A stretch of DNA of 64,000 nucleotides from Bugula neritina (taxonomy: Eukaryota; Animalia; Bryozoa): positions 12,844,698 through 12,908,697 of the forward strand of contig OZ037765.1 in the NCBI GenBank assembly GCA_964035545.1, in the 5' to 3' direction. A program made the translations under genes and the position numbers. This document shows, in pieces, positions 1 to 13,655 of the stretch. Within the stretch, counting starts at the first letter, position 1, and every line of letters begins with the position of its first letter. Below the pieces are notes generated by a model. The model had not been told where the DNA came from. It searched no databases and saw only the letters and a program-made list of their open reading frames with translations.

Positions 1-3000
1 TGGGTAGCCCGGAGTGCTTATTTCACCACTACCAAGCAAATTATACTGACATGCTTCTACAATTGTAATGTCAATATAAGTGATATGTAGACGTGTTATT
101 TATATACTAATTATGTCCACAAGCAACTAGAAGTAAATAATCAATATAATTTTAGCATATAATAGTTTATTTTATTATATAGGTTCACAGATTATAACTC
201 GCCATATCATCTGTTACTATTGGTGGTAATGAAATATAGAAATACAATTGTAGCAAATTCTATGTATTAAGAGGTTGATGCCTACAACTATATAAATACC
301 TGTCTGTTTTAAAGTTGAATAATACTCGGCAATGAAGAATGGGAGACGAGACAAAAGTGTTGTGTTTGTATACTGGAAGATGGTAATAGAACTACCAGCT
401 GCCACCTCATAGTCATTGACATTGTCACATAAACGGTGGAGGAGATTCTGTCAACAGTTTAAACCATACTGTCACCAACAGCAGTAAACTTATGCAACAC
501 TATAAGTACCAATTAATACACCACTATCAAATACCTCATGCAACTAGGTAAATTCAAACATAGATATCTGTCTTATACTAAGATTCGAAAAAATCAATAG
601 ACTAAAATGGTCAAAACACAATATTCTACATACAAAATGAAAGATATTTTTTAAAAATTGAGAAATTAGATTTAATATACACCATTTACACCTAGAATAT
701 GCATTCTACTTCTCACATGAAACTAAAACACCTATAATATACACCTGTAAACGTAAACCAGAATTCATGCTTTCTAACCTTGTTGGATTTAATTTCTAAG
801 TAATTCAAAGAGCAATTTCCGGGGAATGGCATTATGAGTTTCGTAATGGTCAGAGTTATCTTTTGGTCAGCTTGAACTACACGATATGAACAGAGATTAA
901 AGGGTTCAGAACTAGAAATTATTTTTCCTGCACTAGTTGTAAGCTCTTGGTGACAATAATCTACAAAAAATAGTGATATAAATTACAACTGCTGGACACA
1001 AGCTAAAATTTCATTGTTAAAATTATAATGCTTACATTTTCATTAAGATACTATCACGGTGTTTTCATGACTGTGTATTATGCGAATGGATGTTCCTATG
1101 AATCATTTTGTGGTTGCGGTTTGCATGAAATTATGGTTGTGGTGTCTTTCGATGCAACTATTTCCAGAAGGCGAGTGAAAAAATCCATTCGAATGATGGA
1201 AAAGCAGTGAACATAACAAAAGCAACAATACTGTTAGTTGGGTTGATCAGCATAGTGAATGTTTTTAACACTGAAATTCTAAGTAACAATGAGGCCAGGC
1301 TATGTTTGTCAAGTGTTACAATTGCCTGATAACCAAATCCAAGTTTAACAATTGGTGAAAATAGTTTCATTACCATTATATATATTAAATTTATATTGCT
1401 ATAAAGCACATCATGAAATATTACAGAAAATTACTGCAGTCTATCAAAGGTAATGATTTATGTTAAACACAACAATCAACTGGTTAATTAGATAGTTGGA
1501 ATGCACAGCTTACCTTTGACCTAACAGCAAATACAAATATTTGATCAAAGATAACTTCTTTAAAAAGTTACAACTACTTTCTAATAGTCAGTTGAAACCA
1601 TAAGACGTAACCATTTAGCAAGTAACAGGTGGCCACTGAATGGTTGGAGTAAACAACAGATAACAGACATGCCTGCTACTTCCACTTTCTTTTCCACACA
1701 CAGTTCTTCTATTAGCTGGTATCCATTGTGACACAGACATTGATAACCTTCAACAGTGTTGATGCAGGTATGGTGGCAAGGTGCATCAGCACATTCATCA
1801 TAGTCTAGACAGACACACTTGCATTACATGATGACAGAAGCAAGTGTAATGGTATGCTAGTAGTGACTACACTAGAGTATTAGTAAAACAGTCCATGTCA
1901 AGAAAACCTGAGAAGCTGTAAAAGCAATACATACACACCTGCTTCATATACTACTTACAAACACATGAAGTAAAGACAATGTATAAAGAAAAACTATACA
2001 TAGCTGCTACAGAAAAAATCTTAAAGAATTCAAAAAAATTCTAGCAAGCCAATCAATGTGTTTGATGTCTGAGAAAAACACGGCACCAACAATGTTTACC
2101 TATCCAATACTCCAAAGACAAGGCTTTGTGTTCATTTGATGACCACAGTACTAGGGTCAGTGTGCTATTAAGGAGTAGTTCAATGACTCGAGATGTCCCT
2201 AGACAGATATATGGCACTTGTTCCCATCTGTAAATATAGCTGAATAAGTCACTTTTTGGTGTAAAATAGTTGAAAATAACGCCAACATACATGAATATTA
2301 TTTCCATTTAATAACTTAGAAACTGACCTTTTAGGATTTAAAAGGTATTCTGAATCAGTTTCAAATATGCCGACGTGCCCTTTAGAACGGTTGGCATCTG
2401 GTATGAGCGTGAATATACGACCCATACAACTTTTTCCATATGCTCCTGCTTGTTTGGTAGTCAACCGCAACTTCATCTGACTCTCTATATGAGATAATTA
2501 ATAAACTCCAACACTAGAAAACTATTTTAAATGAAAAAAATCAACATAGAGGAATTCCATACAAACTTAAGTTCTCAAAAAATTCCAGTTAACACAAACT
2601 TGAAATTTTTAGAATTAGTATATATACTGTCTTATATTGTGAACTGCGTAGATTAAGACATTATTTTGTCCAGTATTAGGTAAACATCAAACAAAATTTG
2701 ACGCGTATAATATGCCATATCATACAGTATAAAGTTTGAATTATATCTCATGTTGCACCCATTTTGATGCTTAAACAATATCAGCACAAAACATATTATG
2801 TTTGAGAGATAGCAAAACACAAGTAGAGGTCATATACCACCATTAACATACTTGCAATCAAACGGTGTATAGTATTATATAATAACATATCATTATCCAG
2901 CAGTCCAAACTCACTTGTTGATTGTGTGCCATCCAGCACAAAAGAGCAAGGGACAGGAGACAATATTTTGCCTGTAGGTATTCTGACAGATTCATATGTA

Positions 3001-6000
3001 CCATGTTCTCCTGTAGCTACATTTACACATCCTGTAACAGCATCTTTAATTGAAACTCACATATATTTCACACTAACTTATGGACCAATGTTAACTTAAA
3101 TGAAACCGACAATTTGAAGGCACGCAAAACACACACATGCATATATATAAACTAGTTTTCTCTCAGGAAGGCAAAAATGTGCGCAAATAAACAACGCACC
3201 AGATTCACTGAAAGTAGTAGATTGTTTCCTGTCACTGTTCAGTTTTAGAGTATCGACTACCGTAACGTCTAAAACAATCAAAGCATTTTTGACTTTCAAC
3301 AGTGGATGCATAGCGCACATGCATTTAGCTAATGGCAAGCCTCATAAATATTTTTGCAAATTAGTAATGCTTAATCAAAGCAAATTTATAACAAATACGC
3401 TGTATGAATAAGGCAGCCACTCCTACCTTTTAAATAATACTGTATTACAAATCCTGACTTTTCTAAAACTGAGTTGGAATGAAAGTTCAACCATAATGTA
3501 TTGAGTGATTTAATTGGAGGAATCCTGCCCACTCCACAAAGTTGACCAACAAGTAATCCAGTCTCATTGAATTCTCTTATTTCCAGAAAATCTGCTGTAC
3601 ACTTATAAGAATCCTGCAGAATAAACTCTTCGAACTGAAGAGTAATAAACACACCTGTAACATGCAACAGAAAACTAGATGTAAGTTTGCAGGAAAGTTT
3701 GCGTCTTATTTTTGCAAAATAAATAGAAGATCATTATGGGCCTCAGCTGCTTAACTGTCAACAAAGGTAAATAATCTTCAGTTACAACATTCAATATAAA
3801 ACGTAAACAACTATGCTTAAAAATCTCTACTGCGTCTACCATAATGCTATTTGAGATTCCAACCCACTTAAACTATTGCTATTTGCGTACGATAAAGTAA
3901 TACTGATTTGTTTACAAACAGGCAGCTTGAAACATTTTAGAGGTTTATGGCACAACAAATTCAAATACGTACCACAACACACTTTTATTTACCCTTAGTT
4001 ATTGTTAGTAATTTAGAATTTTATATTCAACATGACAATGCTTTTAATCATATGTAACATTTGAAACGAAGTAGCACACCAAAACACACACCATCTCAGC
4101 AAATAATTCAAAGCCAAGGAAATGAGAAATTCACTGATTTCATGTGAACTCAAAATTAGTTTTGAACTCGTAGAAATTTCAACAAACAATACATCTCTTC
4201 AACAAATGCAACTCTCAAAACTAAATAATAAACATGTTGTAAGTTATACATAATATAATTACACATAACAATATGAAAGAATAAGCTAAGATACCTTCTG
4301 GCACCACCACAGTCCATTGACAGTCAACATTTGCTGTGTAATGACTGGGGTAATACGGACTAGTGATGCGACCCCTCGTACTAGCAGATATCAAGAACTC
4401 ACACTTTGGTTCTGCAATAAAAAGTCGTAAATATTAGCCTTAGTGACTTGGGCTAAAAAAACTAAACCACTGCAAATAGTGAGGGCGGAGCCAAACCTGG
4501 GCACTGGTAGAGCAGCTGTGTCTGGATAATGTCCTCGGTACTCAAGGACGCTGACTGATGACTCATTTTCTCTCCATTAATGGCTACCATCGTATCCCCT
4601 TTACCATTAGAAAATGTTCTCTTAAATAATAAATATCATTAAAAATAGTTATATTTGAGGCCAGCAATTGCATCGTATATATTCTACCATACTAAACAAG
4701 GCTAAAAGCTACAGCATAGAATGATATGCTACAGCATAGAATGATATGCTACAGCATAGAATGATATGATACAGCATAGAATGATATGCTACAGCATAGA
4801 ATGATATGATACAGCATAGAATGATATGCTACAGCATAGAATGATATGCTACAGACTGTTTCATTGCAGATAATTGGCAACAGCTGATTGAGTTAAAAAT
4901 GTGTTAAAATTTGGTACAACAATTATTTTAATTAGTACAATCTTAACTATTTAGTTTAAGTTTTGCAATCCAATATCTTGATTCCTTGAAGAAAGGTAAT
5001 GTTTAATAGCATAATAAATATATATATGATAATTATATAGTTTTTATTAGTTGGGGAAACGTATATATATATATCAACACTTTAAAGTTTAAACACTAAA
5101 ATGTCAACTTACTGGACCATAATGCATGATGGAAGCAAAGTCATATGGCCGTCCAAAAGAGTTCACCTCAAAAGAGTTTCTTTTAAAGAAGTTTTTGTGT
5201 AAATCTTTATAAATATTATTCCACAGCACTGTGATATAGGAATCTCGATCAGGTCTAGTGTGCTCATGCCAGAAGCCAACCACATGACCCAATTCATGTA
5301 TAGCAACACTCTCACTGGCACAGTAACTACTCAACGAGAGTGTTTGTCGGCCACCAAACTTACCCACGGAAGAACAACAGCTACAATAAACAAGATATGT
5401 ATGGATCTCGGCAACTGCTCAATAAAAAGACAGTAAATATTTCAGTAAAACAATAAAGTTAAATTATATAAAAGCCCTCAGCCACCAACACTTTTATGTA
5501 TTGTAACATAGTTTCCTATGCACAGCAAAAATATATTCAACACCATAGATAAATATATGTCATAATAAACACAGAGCATGCACTATAGAAAATATCTTAG
5601 TTTCAAATGAAGTCTGGTTTTAGAGTTGTATACCTAGGATAGCTAATGAATATTGTAACATTTTACACTTTACAGCAATGTGTTCTCTAATAATTTATGA
5701 ACTTTTATCATCTGCTGATGAGGTCATGACCCCAGCTCAATTATCATAACACTAAAAAAATAACACTGATTGTTGCTGATTAATTATTCTTTAACAAAAT
5801 TGGCGAACAAAACAAATTACAAGTAATTGGAAATGGTAAATTACAAGAGTTATTTCACAATTTGTTACAATATGCTAATATCAACAAACAACAAACAACA
5901 AACAATATAATTTCAAATGTTAGGTTACAATCATTGAAGATGTTTTTTCCTGATGCACCAAGCTTCATGCTAGGAGAATCCAACAACTTAAACTTGATGT

Positions 6001-6944
6001 AAAAAGCTGTGTGACAGAAGAACCATTAATGATGCATGATTTTAGTTCAGAGCTCATTGGCCAAAATAGCACAACATTACCAACACTCATTACTGACACG
6101 ACTTCTCTGGTTATCAATGAAGGAACACAAGAGGTGAATATCCATATTATTGCATACTATACACTCTTACCCACAAGACTCTGTGGTAAACACCACATAA
6201 TCCACATGGTGTTTCGCCTTGGGGATAAAGTCAATGCAGGTCTTGTTTTCCCAGTGATGAATAGCATTTTGTAATAGATTTTTCAAGTTTTCTGAAATGA
6301 AGAAATGAGTCAGGGGATAAAATATCAACAACCTGCAAATTGTTTTTCTTTATACTACAAAATATATCAAGAATACCCTGGTTAGTGAAAAAGTTTTTTA
6401 AATTATGAAGTTACCTAATTAATGTAAAGTTATAACACCTTTAAACTCACCTGTTGGCTTTATAAATTGCTGTAATTTTATAGCATAGTTTTCTAGTGTA
6501 GCGTAGTTAGTTATCAAAAGCTTGAATTCATATTAATAATATTCACATTCATACTTAATGATATTTCAAAAATTGTATAGAATATTTGGATAGCCCCGAG
6601 AAGATCTTCCCTAATAGTAATAATTCAATCACGGTTTTGCTAATTGCTCACATTTGAATGATAGTAGAAACTGACTGCTATTAGGTAATACGTTGCCAAG
6701 ACATTCTAAGCATAAAACCTTACTAGGGAGATCCTTATCAAACTCATAGGGAATAGTAGCATTTGGCCAGAGCCGGGATTGGTCAGCAGTTGCAGCTCTC
6801 TTTTTACGCTACAAATATGAGGTTTGATTTCAAAAGATAAAGCGATGAATATTAAATAGAAAAAATGGACACATAAAAGCACGAAACTGCTAGGAGTACC
6901 TGTAGCACAGACAACTGTTTCGTCAGTAATCCAGAATATTTGGC
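1..6944 (-). CDS. Tolloid/BMP1-like astacin metalloprotease (astacin-CUB-CUB-EGF-CUB-CUB...); multi-exon, 5' exons not resolved, 3' end beyond the left edge
   Basis: Approximate minus-strand exons: 6900-6944; 6724-6808 (furin site RKKR|AATADQSRLWPNATIPY); 6171-6291 (HWENKTCIDF...SCG); 5113-5380 (CCSSVG, zinc motif HELGHVVGFWHEHTRPDRD, Met-turn SIMHY); 4497-4620; 4295-4411 plus 3428-3655 (CUB1, ITSPYYPSHY...C..DFLEIR...LCG); 2915-3031, 2328-2484 and 2100-2227 (divergent CUB2); 1673-1805 (Ca-binding EGF, DYDECADAPCHHTCINTVEGYQCLC); 779-960 plus 300-450 (CUB3); 1-56 (start of next CUB, ACQYNLLGSGEISTPGYP). Splice phases are consistent. Confidence 0.9.
4708..4854. repeat. Intronic minisatellite, 20-bp unit GCTACAGCATAGAATGATAT, about 7 copies
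   Basis: Visible tandem array; C/A variant at unit position 2. Confidence 0.95.
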
Positions 6945-9900
6945 CTGAGAAGGTGTAGGAATTGTGCAGAAAAATGATATGTGCAGAATGACCAAATCTG
7001 CAACATTACATACAAGCATGTCATTAGTCTTGCAAACAAGAATTCATTTTAGTGTATCATAAAAATAAAAATATGCTTGCTTTTAAAGGTAGCTAAAAGT
7101 AATATCTACTTTATTATTTTTTGTCTCTATGTCAAAAAGACAAGGTCTACATCATTCTTACAATAATAAACCTTATTCCCATGTACTTAATACTTTATTT
7201 CTAATCAGAAGTTGTGCATACTTTTGACCTATCAGAGAAACCACATAGAAATGCCAGAGCTTGTCTGTTACACCAAATGTGTCATCTTGGAATTGCATGT
7301 TTAATCAACATAAACTATGGCAAATCAATCCCTTTCCTAGTAATCTTTTCTTTTGTGAAAAAGCTAGCTTTTTGGTGCAAAAGTATGAAATTCTGTAAAA
7401 CTGTGAACAATTTACAGCGTTTTAACAAGTGATACAACACAAACTTTTCAAAATATAATTACTATAACATGCTATTACAACTGCGATTTTGCATGATGCT
7501 TTACCACATGTCTGCTATGCTGTAACTGTCAACTCTTATCTCGTAGGAAAACAGTGCTGGGCAATAATTTACATCAATATGGGTTTGTCACTCTTGTCTA
7601 TAGTGTGATTAGACCACCCCTTTACACAAAGTGACAGCCAGCCAACAAATAACCCTTATTAGAATGTACATTCTAGCTGCCACCTTCATTTAACAAACCA
7701 CAAAAATGCGTTGAGTTCAATTTCCTAAAAACCTACCACAAAGAAATAACATAGCAAATTTGATTGAGATACTAATGTGTGCTACTGCTTACATATGTCA
7801 TGGTTGAAAAAATTCTATAGCATAATTTAGATTTTGTGTAAGAGTCAAACTCAGAAATCTTTATGAGGCTGATCTTGATAACTGGGTTTAAGGATGCAGT
7901 TATGGCAGGTGTAATTCTTCAACAAACATTGGGAATCAAGGACATGGGAAAAAGGTCTATTGAAGATAAATTTGAAGAAACTCCCAGAGTTCATATTATA
8001 TTTAAAAAAACTGTAGGAATACTTAGGAGTTAGGAGATGGTGTAAATGGAATGATGGGAGAAAGTGAGATCTTCAAATTAACATGCAAGAATATTGTATC
8101 ATGCAGTAACTTGCTAACAAATATGTATTTTACTCAACTCCTACTCAGTATACAAAATACTTTAAATGCTTAATAAAGTCTTTTTTAAGCATAAAGTCAT
8201 TTTGAAATTAGCCCAGCACTGATTGATGAACTAAACTTTCTTCACTGATAAATTTTATAATTAGTAAATTGTTATTTAGCAGCAAAGAATTTAAAATAAA
8301 AGTAGGAAAATATTTTGTGCTTTACGTATTAAAATCCTTGCTATAAGAAAAAAACTAAAAGTTGAAATTTATATAAATCTTGTAATAAGTATCTATTAAA
8401 ATGTGTATGTCTTCATAAAAAATAATATTCTAGTATGTAAATTTATCCTGGCAGCAACTAAAGACACTCCAAAACAAATCAAATCTTTGGCAAAGCTGAA
8501 TTTCAACAGGTAAACTAAAATAAAAAGCCACAAAAATATGACAGTGTCTATCTATTTATTCCAAAATAGGCATAACAGCTTATATACGAATATAATTTTC
8601 TTATTTGCAACGTCCCCACTCTTCCCTTCATCACTCAGGTGATTAGTAAAGGTAATGTATATAAAATTATGTATAGGAATTGTTTTAGCCATGCAATACT
8701 GACAGAAAGTTTTTCCATGCACAAAAATTAAAAGTATACAAAAGATATCAGCTTTAAAAATGTTGATAGAGAGATGCATGCTTAAGGAAACCTTTAGTGT
8801 ATATATTAAATTTTAAATTATAGGCTTTAAATTTCCCATACATAAAAACAAAAACAGTCAATCATTTAGATATCAAACGCTTTTATTTTTAGCAATAATT
8901 TGAAGACTGTAGCTATAGCTTCAATGAATGCTTATGTGTAAAATAAATTAATAAATGGACAGTTTTTGAGGCTATGCATATATAGGCAATTTTTTTTTCA
9001 AAAATTGTCCTGAAGACTGTTGACATGGAAAGTCTGCTACGGTAGGCTAATTGAAGGTATTAGATATGCTCAGATGACACCTTTTTGAGTGTTTTATATG
9101 AGTAATGTTGTTTCTAAACAGGTAATTGGTTAGGCAACTTAGTAAATCATTGAGATTAAAGACAAGTACTTTGATTCATTTTGATGGCACTTTTTAAAAA
9201 ATAGCAATTACTTTCATATTTTCATTATTCACTTAATCACCATAACTATATTATACATATTCATGCAAATCTGACGGGTTTCAGTAGTCACAAAATTAGT
9301 AAACCACATTCAAACATAAGGTTTAGGAGTAAAGCAAGCCAATGAGGTGTGTTTCTTACATAACATATAATACAAAATCCTCATTTCTTCATGGGAGAAA
9401 TCTAGTGGAACAAATCTATATTATTATTATTACATAATATTGACAATAACTTACCAATTAAAAAGTAAACCTACAAGTATTACAGCTTCTTATTATATCT
9501 TCTTACATGCTATGAGTATATAAGCTCTACTAAAATGAGTAATATAAATATGATTTTGGTAACATCATATTGTGAGCACAAATTTATGAATCCATGTTTG
9601 ATTGAAGTAATAAATGCCTTGATTTATACGCTTGCAGTTAAATAGTTTATCTTTTCTGAGCTTTGCTATTTTTTACTATAAGTAGCACCTTATTAGATTC
9701 ACTGACAAGTGTATTAATGAGCAATTAATATCACTTTATGTTCTTACTGGTTTGCATCTCTCTAGATTTATTCTATCAAACTAGGGAGTAAGGATATCAT
9801 GCAAAGTACTGGCCTCACCCTTTGAGGCTTTGCAAGTACAAATATTGAAAATGAAATTTTGATCAGATCATTAAAACAGCCACCAGCACTGCAAGAGCAA

Positions 9901-11658
9901 ACAATTAGGTATGGTTATTGTATGATAGCTATACTTATCATCATAATGATATTCATACTTTTGGTGTTTATATTTCAAACATGTGTTGATACTCTGAAGC
10001 AGTATATTAAGTTAAAATTTTCGTAATTAAGTGTGCTTCCAATTTCTGCCCTTTAAACCAATTTTAAATTTTAGCCTAATATAAATATATTATCTCTTTG
10101 TTTGCAAAATTTTATACCTTGGTACCAAAATGACATATTCTTCTGCTAAATATGCTATAGGCCATAGGGTGTCATTTATATAGTATATAGCCTAAAGTAA
10201 ATGGTGTTGCAAATTTTGTGATGCTGCATAAGTTATGGCAAAAGACTTGAGTGTAAGACTGAGGCTGCAAAACATGAAAAAGTAATATATTAATGCATGG
10301 TCATTTCATTCTCTAACCCTGTGCACTGATTAACACACACACTCATCCATCAATAATGATCAAACATATTAAAAATTTTCACATTGATATGGTCCCAAAA
10401 TATTATTAACTATGATAAACCAAGTGGTACTAAATATCAAAAGTTCGAGTATAACATAATTATTCACTTTAATAACACTCATAATAATAATTGCCATTGA
10501 TATCATGGTAAGCATGTGATTAACTTTTTTTACTCTGCTTAGGCTCTTACTACGGAATATTACATAATTAGGTATAACTCTAACTAATGTTCTATAAAAC
10601 ACTTGATTGCAGTTATTAATGAAACTATTAACTATTAGGCCAATGTAAGTCGAACAATTACAGTGCTGCTAATTCTATAATTCCAAGTGCAGATCCATGG
10701 TGCTTTACATTTACTACCCATGCATGTTGTATTTGAAAGAGCTAATAAAATTTAAAATTCAATTGTAGGTGACAAAGGGTTGACTACTTAGTGACGTAAG
10801 ATAATTATTGCTGTTACGGCCACTGCAATCTTATTAAGCATAGCGGTGATACTGACATCAATTGAGAATCAAGGCTCTCAGTGTGATTTTAATTCTTGCA
10901 AACAAAACGATAACAACTATGAGTCTCTCATTTCATTTACAATATTCTTTCTTCAGCTTTATTAAGCTTTTCTTCTAAAAACTGCTTGTTTCACCAGACT
11001 TTGTTTGCTGACTTTAAACCCCCCTCTCTATCCTTCTAGATTCCATATATTTTTCTTTTGTATTCCCTTGATTCAAGCAATGTGTTGAAGCAGAATTCCA
11101 TAGCAGCTCCATTGTCTTAAATTTCTTAGTCTAGTTATTCTGGTAACAGGTTGACAGCTGTGGGTTCCCTAGGCCTCTGTATCCTCAAGGCCGGAGAAGA
11201 AATGTTTAGCTAGGCAAGACATCCCATTTACTTTGCTAACTTTATATTTTATGTAGTTGGTCATCATAGCTTTGGGTAGTTGATTTTTCATTACACTGTT
11301 CCCCCTTGGCTCTTTAGCCCATATGACTACTCATCTGAGGAGGCAGAGGAGACTTTTTTGGGTCTTCTCAACCCACTGGGAAGTAGGAAACAATCTTCCA
11401 GGTCCTAGTCTTGATAGGCCAAGTAAGAAGGTGCAGTATTTTTGCCAGAAGTTCAGCACATGAGAGTAGAACCTATAACTCCTGCAGAGAATGATGTGTC
11501 TAAAGATTATGATTATTAATAATACTTCCAAAATAGTAATTTATAACTATCATCTTTACGAAGCTTCAACGCTGTGAAAGTGAATATTACCAATAGCAGC
11601 CTGTAAAGCTAACCAAAACCAAATCCAACTTACTTTCAAAGTAATTTGGTATAAACTT

Positions 11659-12775
11659 TTACTTCAACCTTAAGACTAATTCTAATTTTTTTCTTAAATT
11701 CAATATAGATATAAATTTTAACCCAACTGTTGTGATATCTAGTTCTACTGAGTCTAATCTGACAAGTTTAATATTAGCTATGAATTGCACTGCATTCACT
11801 TGTATTTTTTCTAAGCCAGAAATATCTTTCTTGCAGGTTGGGTCCCAAGCTGCGCTGGCATACTCAAGTTGTGGTATACACAATGATTTGAATGCAATCA
11901 ATAATGCTAGTTTGGGGGCGCAGTAGAGAACTCTTCCAATTATACCCAATTGTCTTCTAGCATTTAGTATTTTATTTGATATATGTTTGTCGAACCTGCA
12001 ATCTGATTGCAGTGTGACACCCAAGTATTTTGTAGTCTACACTATCTAGCATTGATCCATTTAATGTGTAATTGAGAGTATCTCCTACAGAGTTGAAACT
12101 TAATGTTTTGCTCTTAGAGTTGTTGAATGGCACATCCCACTTGTCTGCACCAAGAGAATCTATATTTACTAAAACTTGCTGCAGTCACTAAATGAGGCTA
12201 TCTACTGGTAGACAAGGGTGTCATCAGCAAACAAGGCACATGAGCAATCAAGACAGCCAGGTAGGTCATTAATAAAATGAGGAATAGTATTGGTCCCAAA
12301 ACCGATCCTTGTGGCACACCTGAAGTGACTGGTAATGGACCTGGGGTGTGACTTTACAAAGCCACTTAGTTAGGAAATTATTTATACAGCATAGGATTTA
12401 TTCATCCAAACCTGCAACCTTGAAAAGCTTTTTCATTAGCAGGGCATGAAGTACTCGATAAAATGCTTCAGTGAAATCCAAAACAGTTGCATAAATAGTG
12501 TGGTGTGTATCTGTAAATCTAAAATGGAGTTGTATACTTGCACAGACTTTTGTTTCACAAGAGAGGCCTTTTTTAACAAGTGCTGCCTACTGTTTAGCTT
12601 GGTGTCAATTTTTCCAACAGGTTTCTCAATACCAAATGCTTCAACATTTCACAAGGTATACTTGTTAGTGAAATGGGTTGATAGTTGTTGACATTGTCAA
12701 TGACGCCTGACTTGTAAAGAGGTGAGATGTTGGCTGTCCTCCATTTCGATGGAAGCTTTCCAGTTTTAAGAGTAT
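11659..12775 (-). pseudogene. Decayed non-LTR (LINE, CR1/L2-group-like) reverse transcriptase fragment
   Basis: Minus-strand translations give RT-region motifs WRTANISPLYK, GVPQGSVLGP, INDLP, LFADDTL, YLGVTL and LEYASAAWDP, interrupted by frameshifts and stops. Confidence 0.85.
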
Positions 12776-13093
12776 AAGCATTAATTTGTTAATTATGAAG
12801 TTTAAACTAATAATAATATTAATAATTAATATTTATATTAATATTATTATTATGATTCCAATTGTTATTTATTATTATCAATTAACGTTTTAATTTATAT
12901 TATCATCATCATGATTTACCATGATCATTATTATTATGGCTTATAGTTATAGCCTTATAGGTCAACTATTACTATGGTCTATAACTATAAGTACAACTAT
13001 AAGTTAAAGTAAAAGTATAGCATAATTATAAGTATAACATTAATTTTAACGTTAAGTTTAACTTAAACTATAACTAATATACTTATAGTAATT

Positions 13094-13258
13094 ACTATCA
13101 GTATCAGTATCACTGTCAGTATCACTATCAGTATCACTATCAGTATCAGTATCACATTCACTATGTCACATAGTGAATGTGATACTGATACTGATAGTCA
13201 CATAGTATGTGACTATCAGTATCAGTATCAGTATCAGTATGAGTATCAGCATCAGCAT
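13094..13258. repeat. (CAGTAT)n-type simple repeat containing two overlapping perfect palindromes
   Basis: Hexamer units with inverted segments at 13136-13198 and 13181-13229. Confidence 0.85.
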
Positions 13259-13655
13259 TAATGCAATTTTAAAATTGCTAAACTTATTTGTTATAACTTA
13301 TAAGTATAACCAACTAAACTAATTGCAATGATTATAAGTTTGATACCTACTATCTCTATAAGTACAACTACAAGTAATAGTTTAGTTATAGTAATCAGAA
13401 ACGACTTGTGAGAAATGACTGATGAACATATTTGCAAATGTAATTATCATGGTCAGCTGTTTACACGGTAATCTCTAGAAGCAGCACAAAGTTGGGGTCA
13501 TTGATTGCAGTGTTTGCATTGTCTGAACTGTACACTGGATACTTCTCCAACCACCGCACTCAGTGACTGCTAACGTTGTGCTGTTTCAAGCGATTTATTC
13601 TGTACACAAAACAGACATGCCTTAGTTCTTGTGTGGTTGGTTTTAAGTGTAAGTA

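Noticed and set aside
1158-1272. Alternative hydrophobic terminal exon of the tolloid-like gene (VLKTF...WIFSLAFWK*)
   Set aside because: A phase-compatible acceptor exists, but there is no homology support and hydrophobic translations are expected from T-rich intron DNA.
4708-4854. CRISPR-like regular repeat
   Set aside because: Contiguous tandem units with no unique spacers, inside a eukaryotic intron, with no cas genes.
11030-11530. GC-richer segment that might be a coding or TE remnant
   Set aside because: Frames tried contain stops and no recognisable motif; cannot be assigned without a search.
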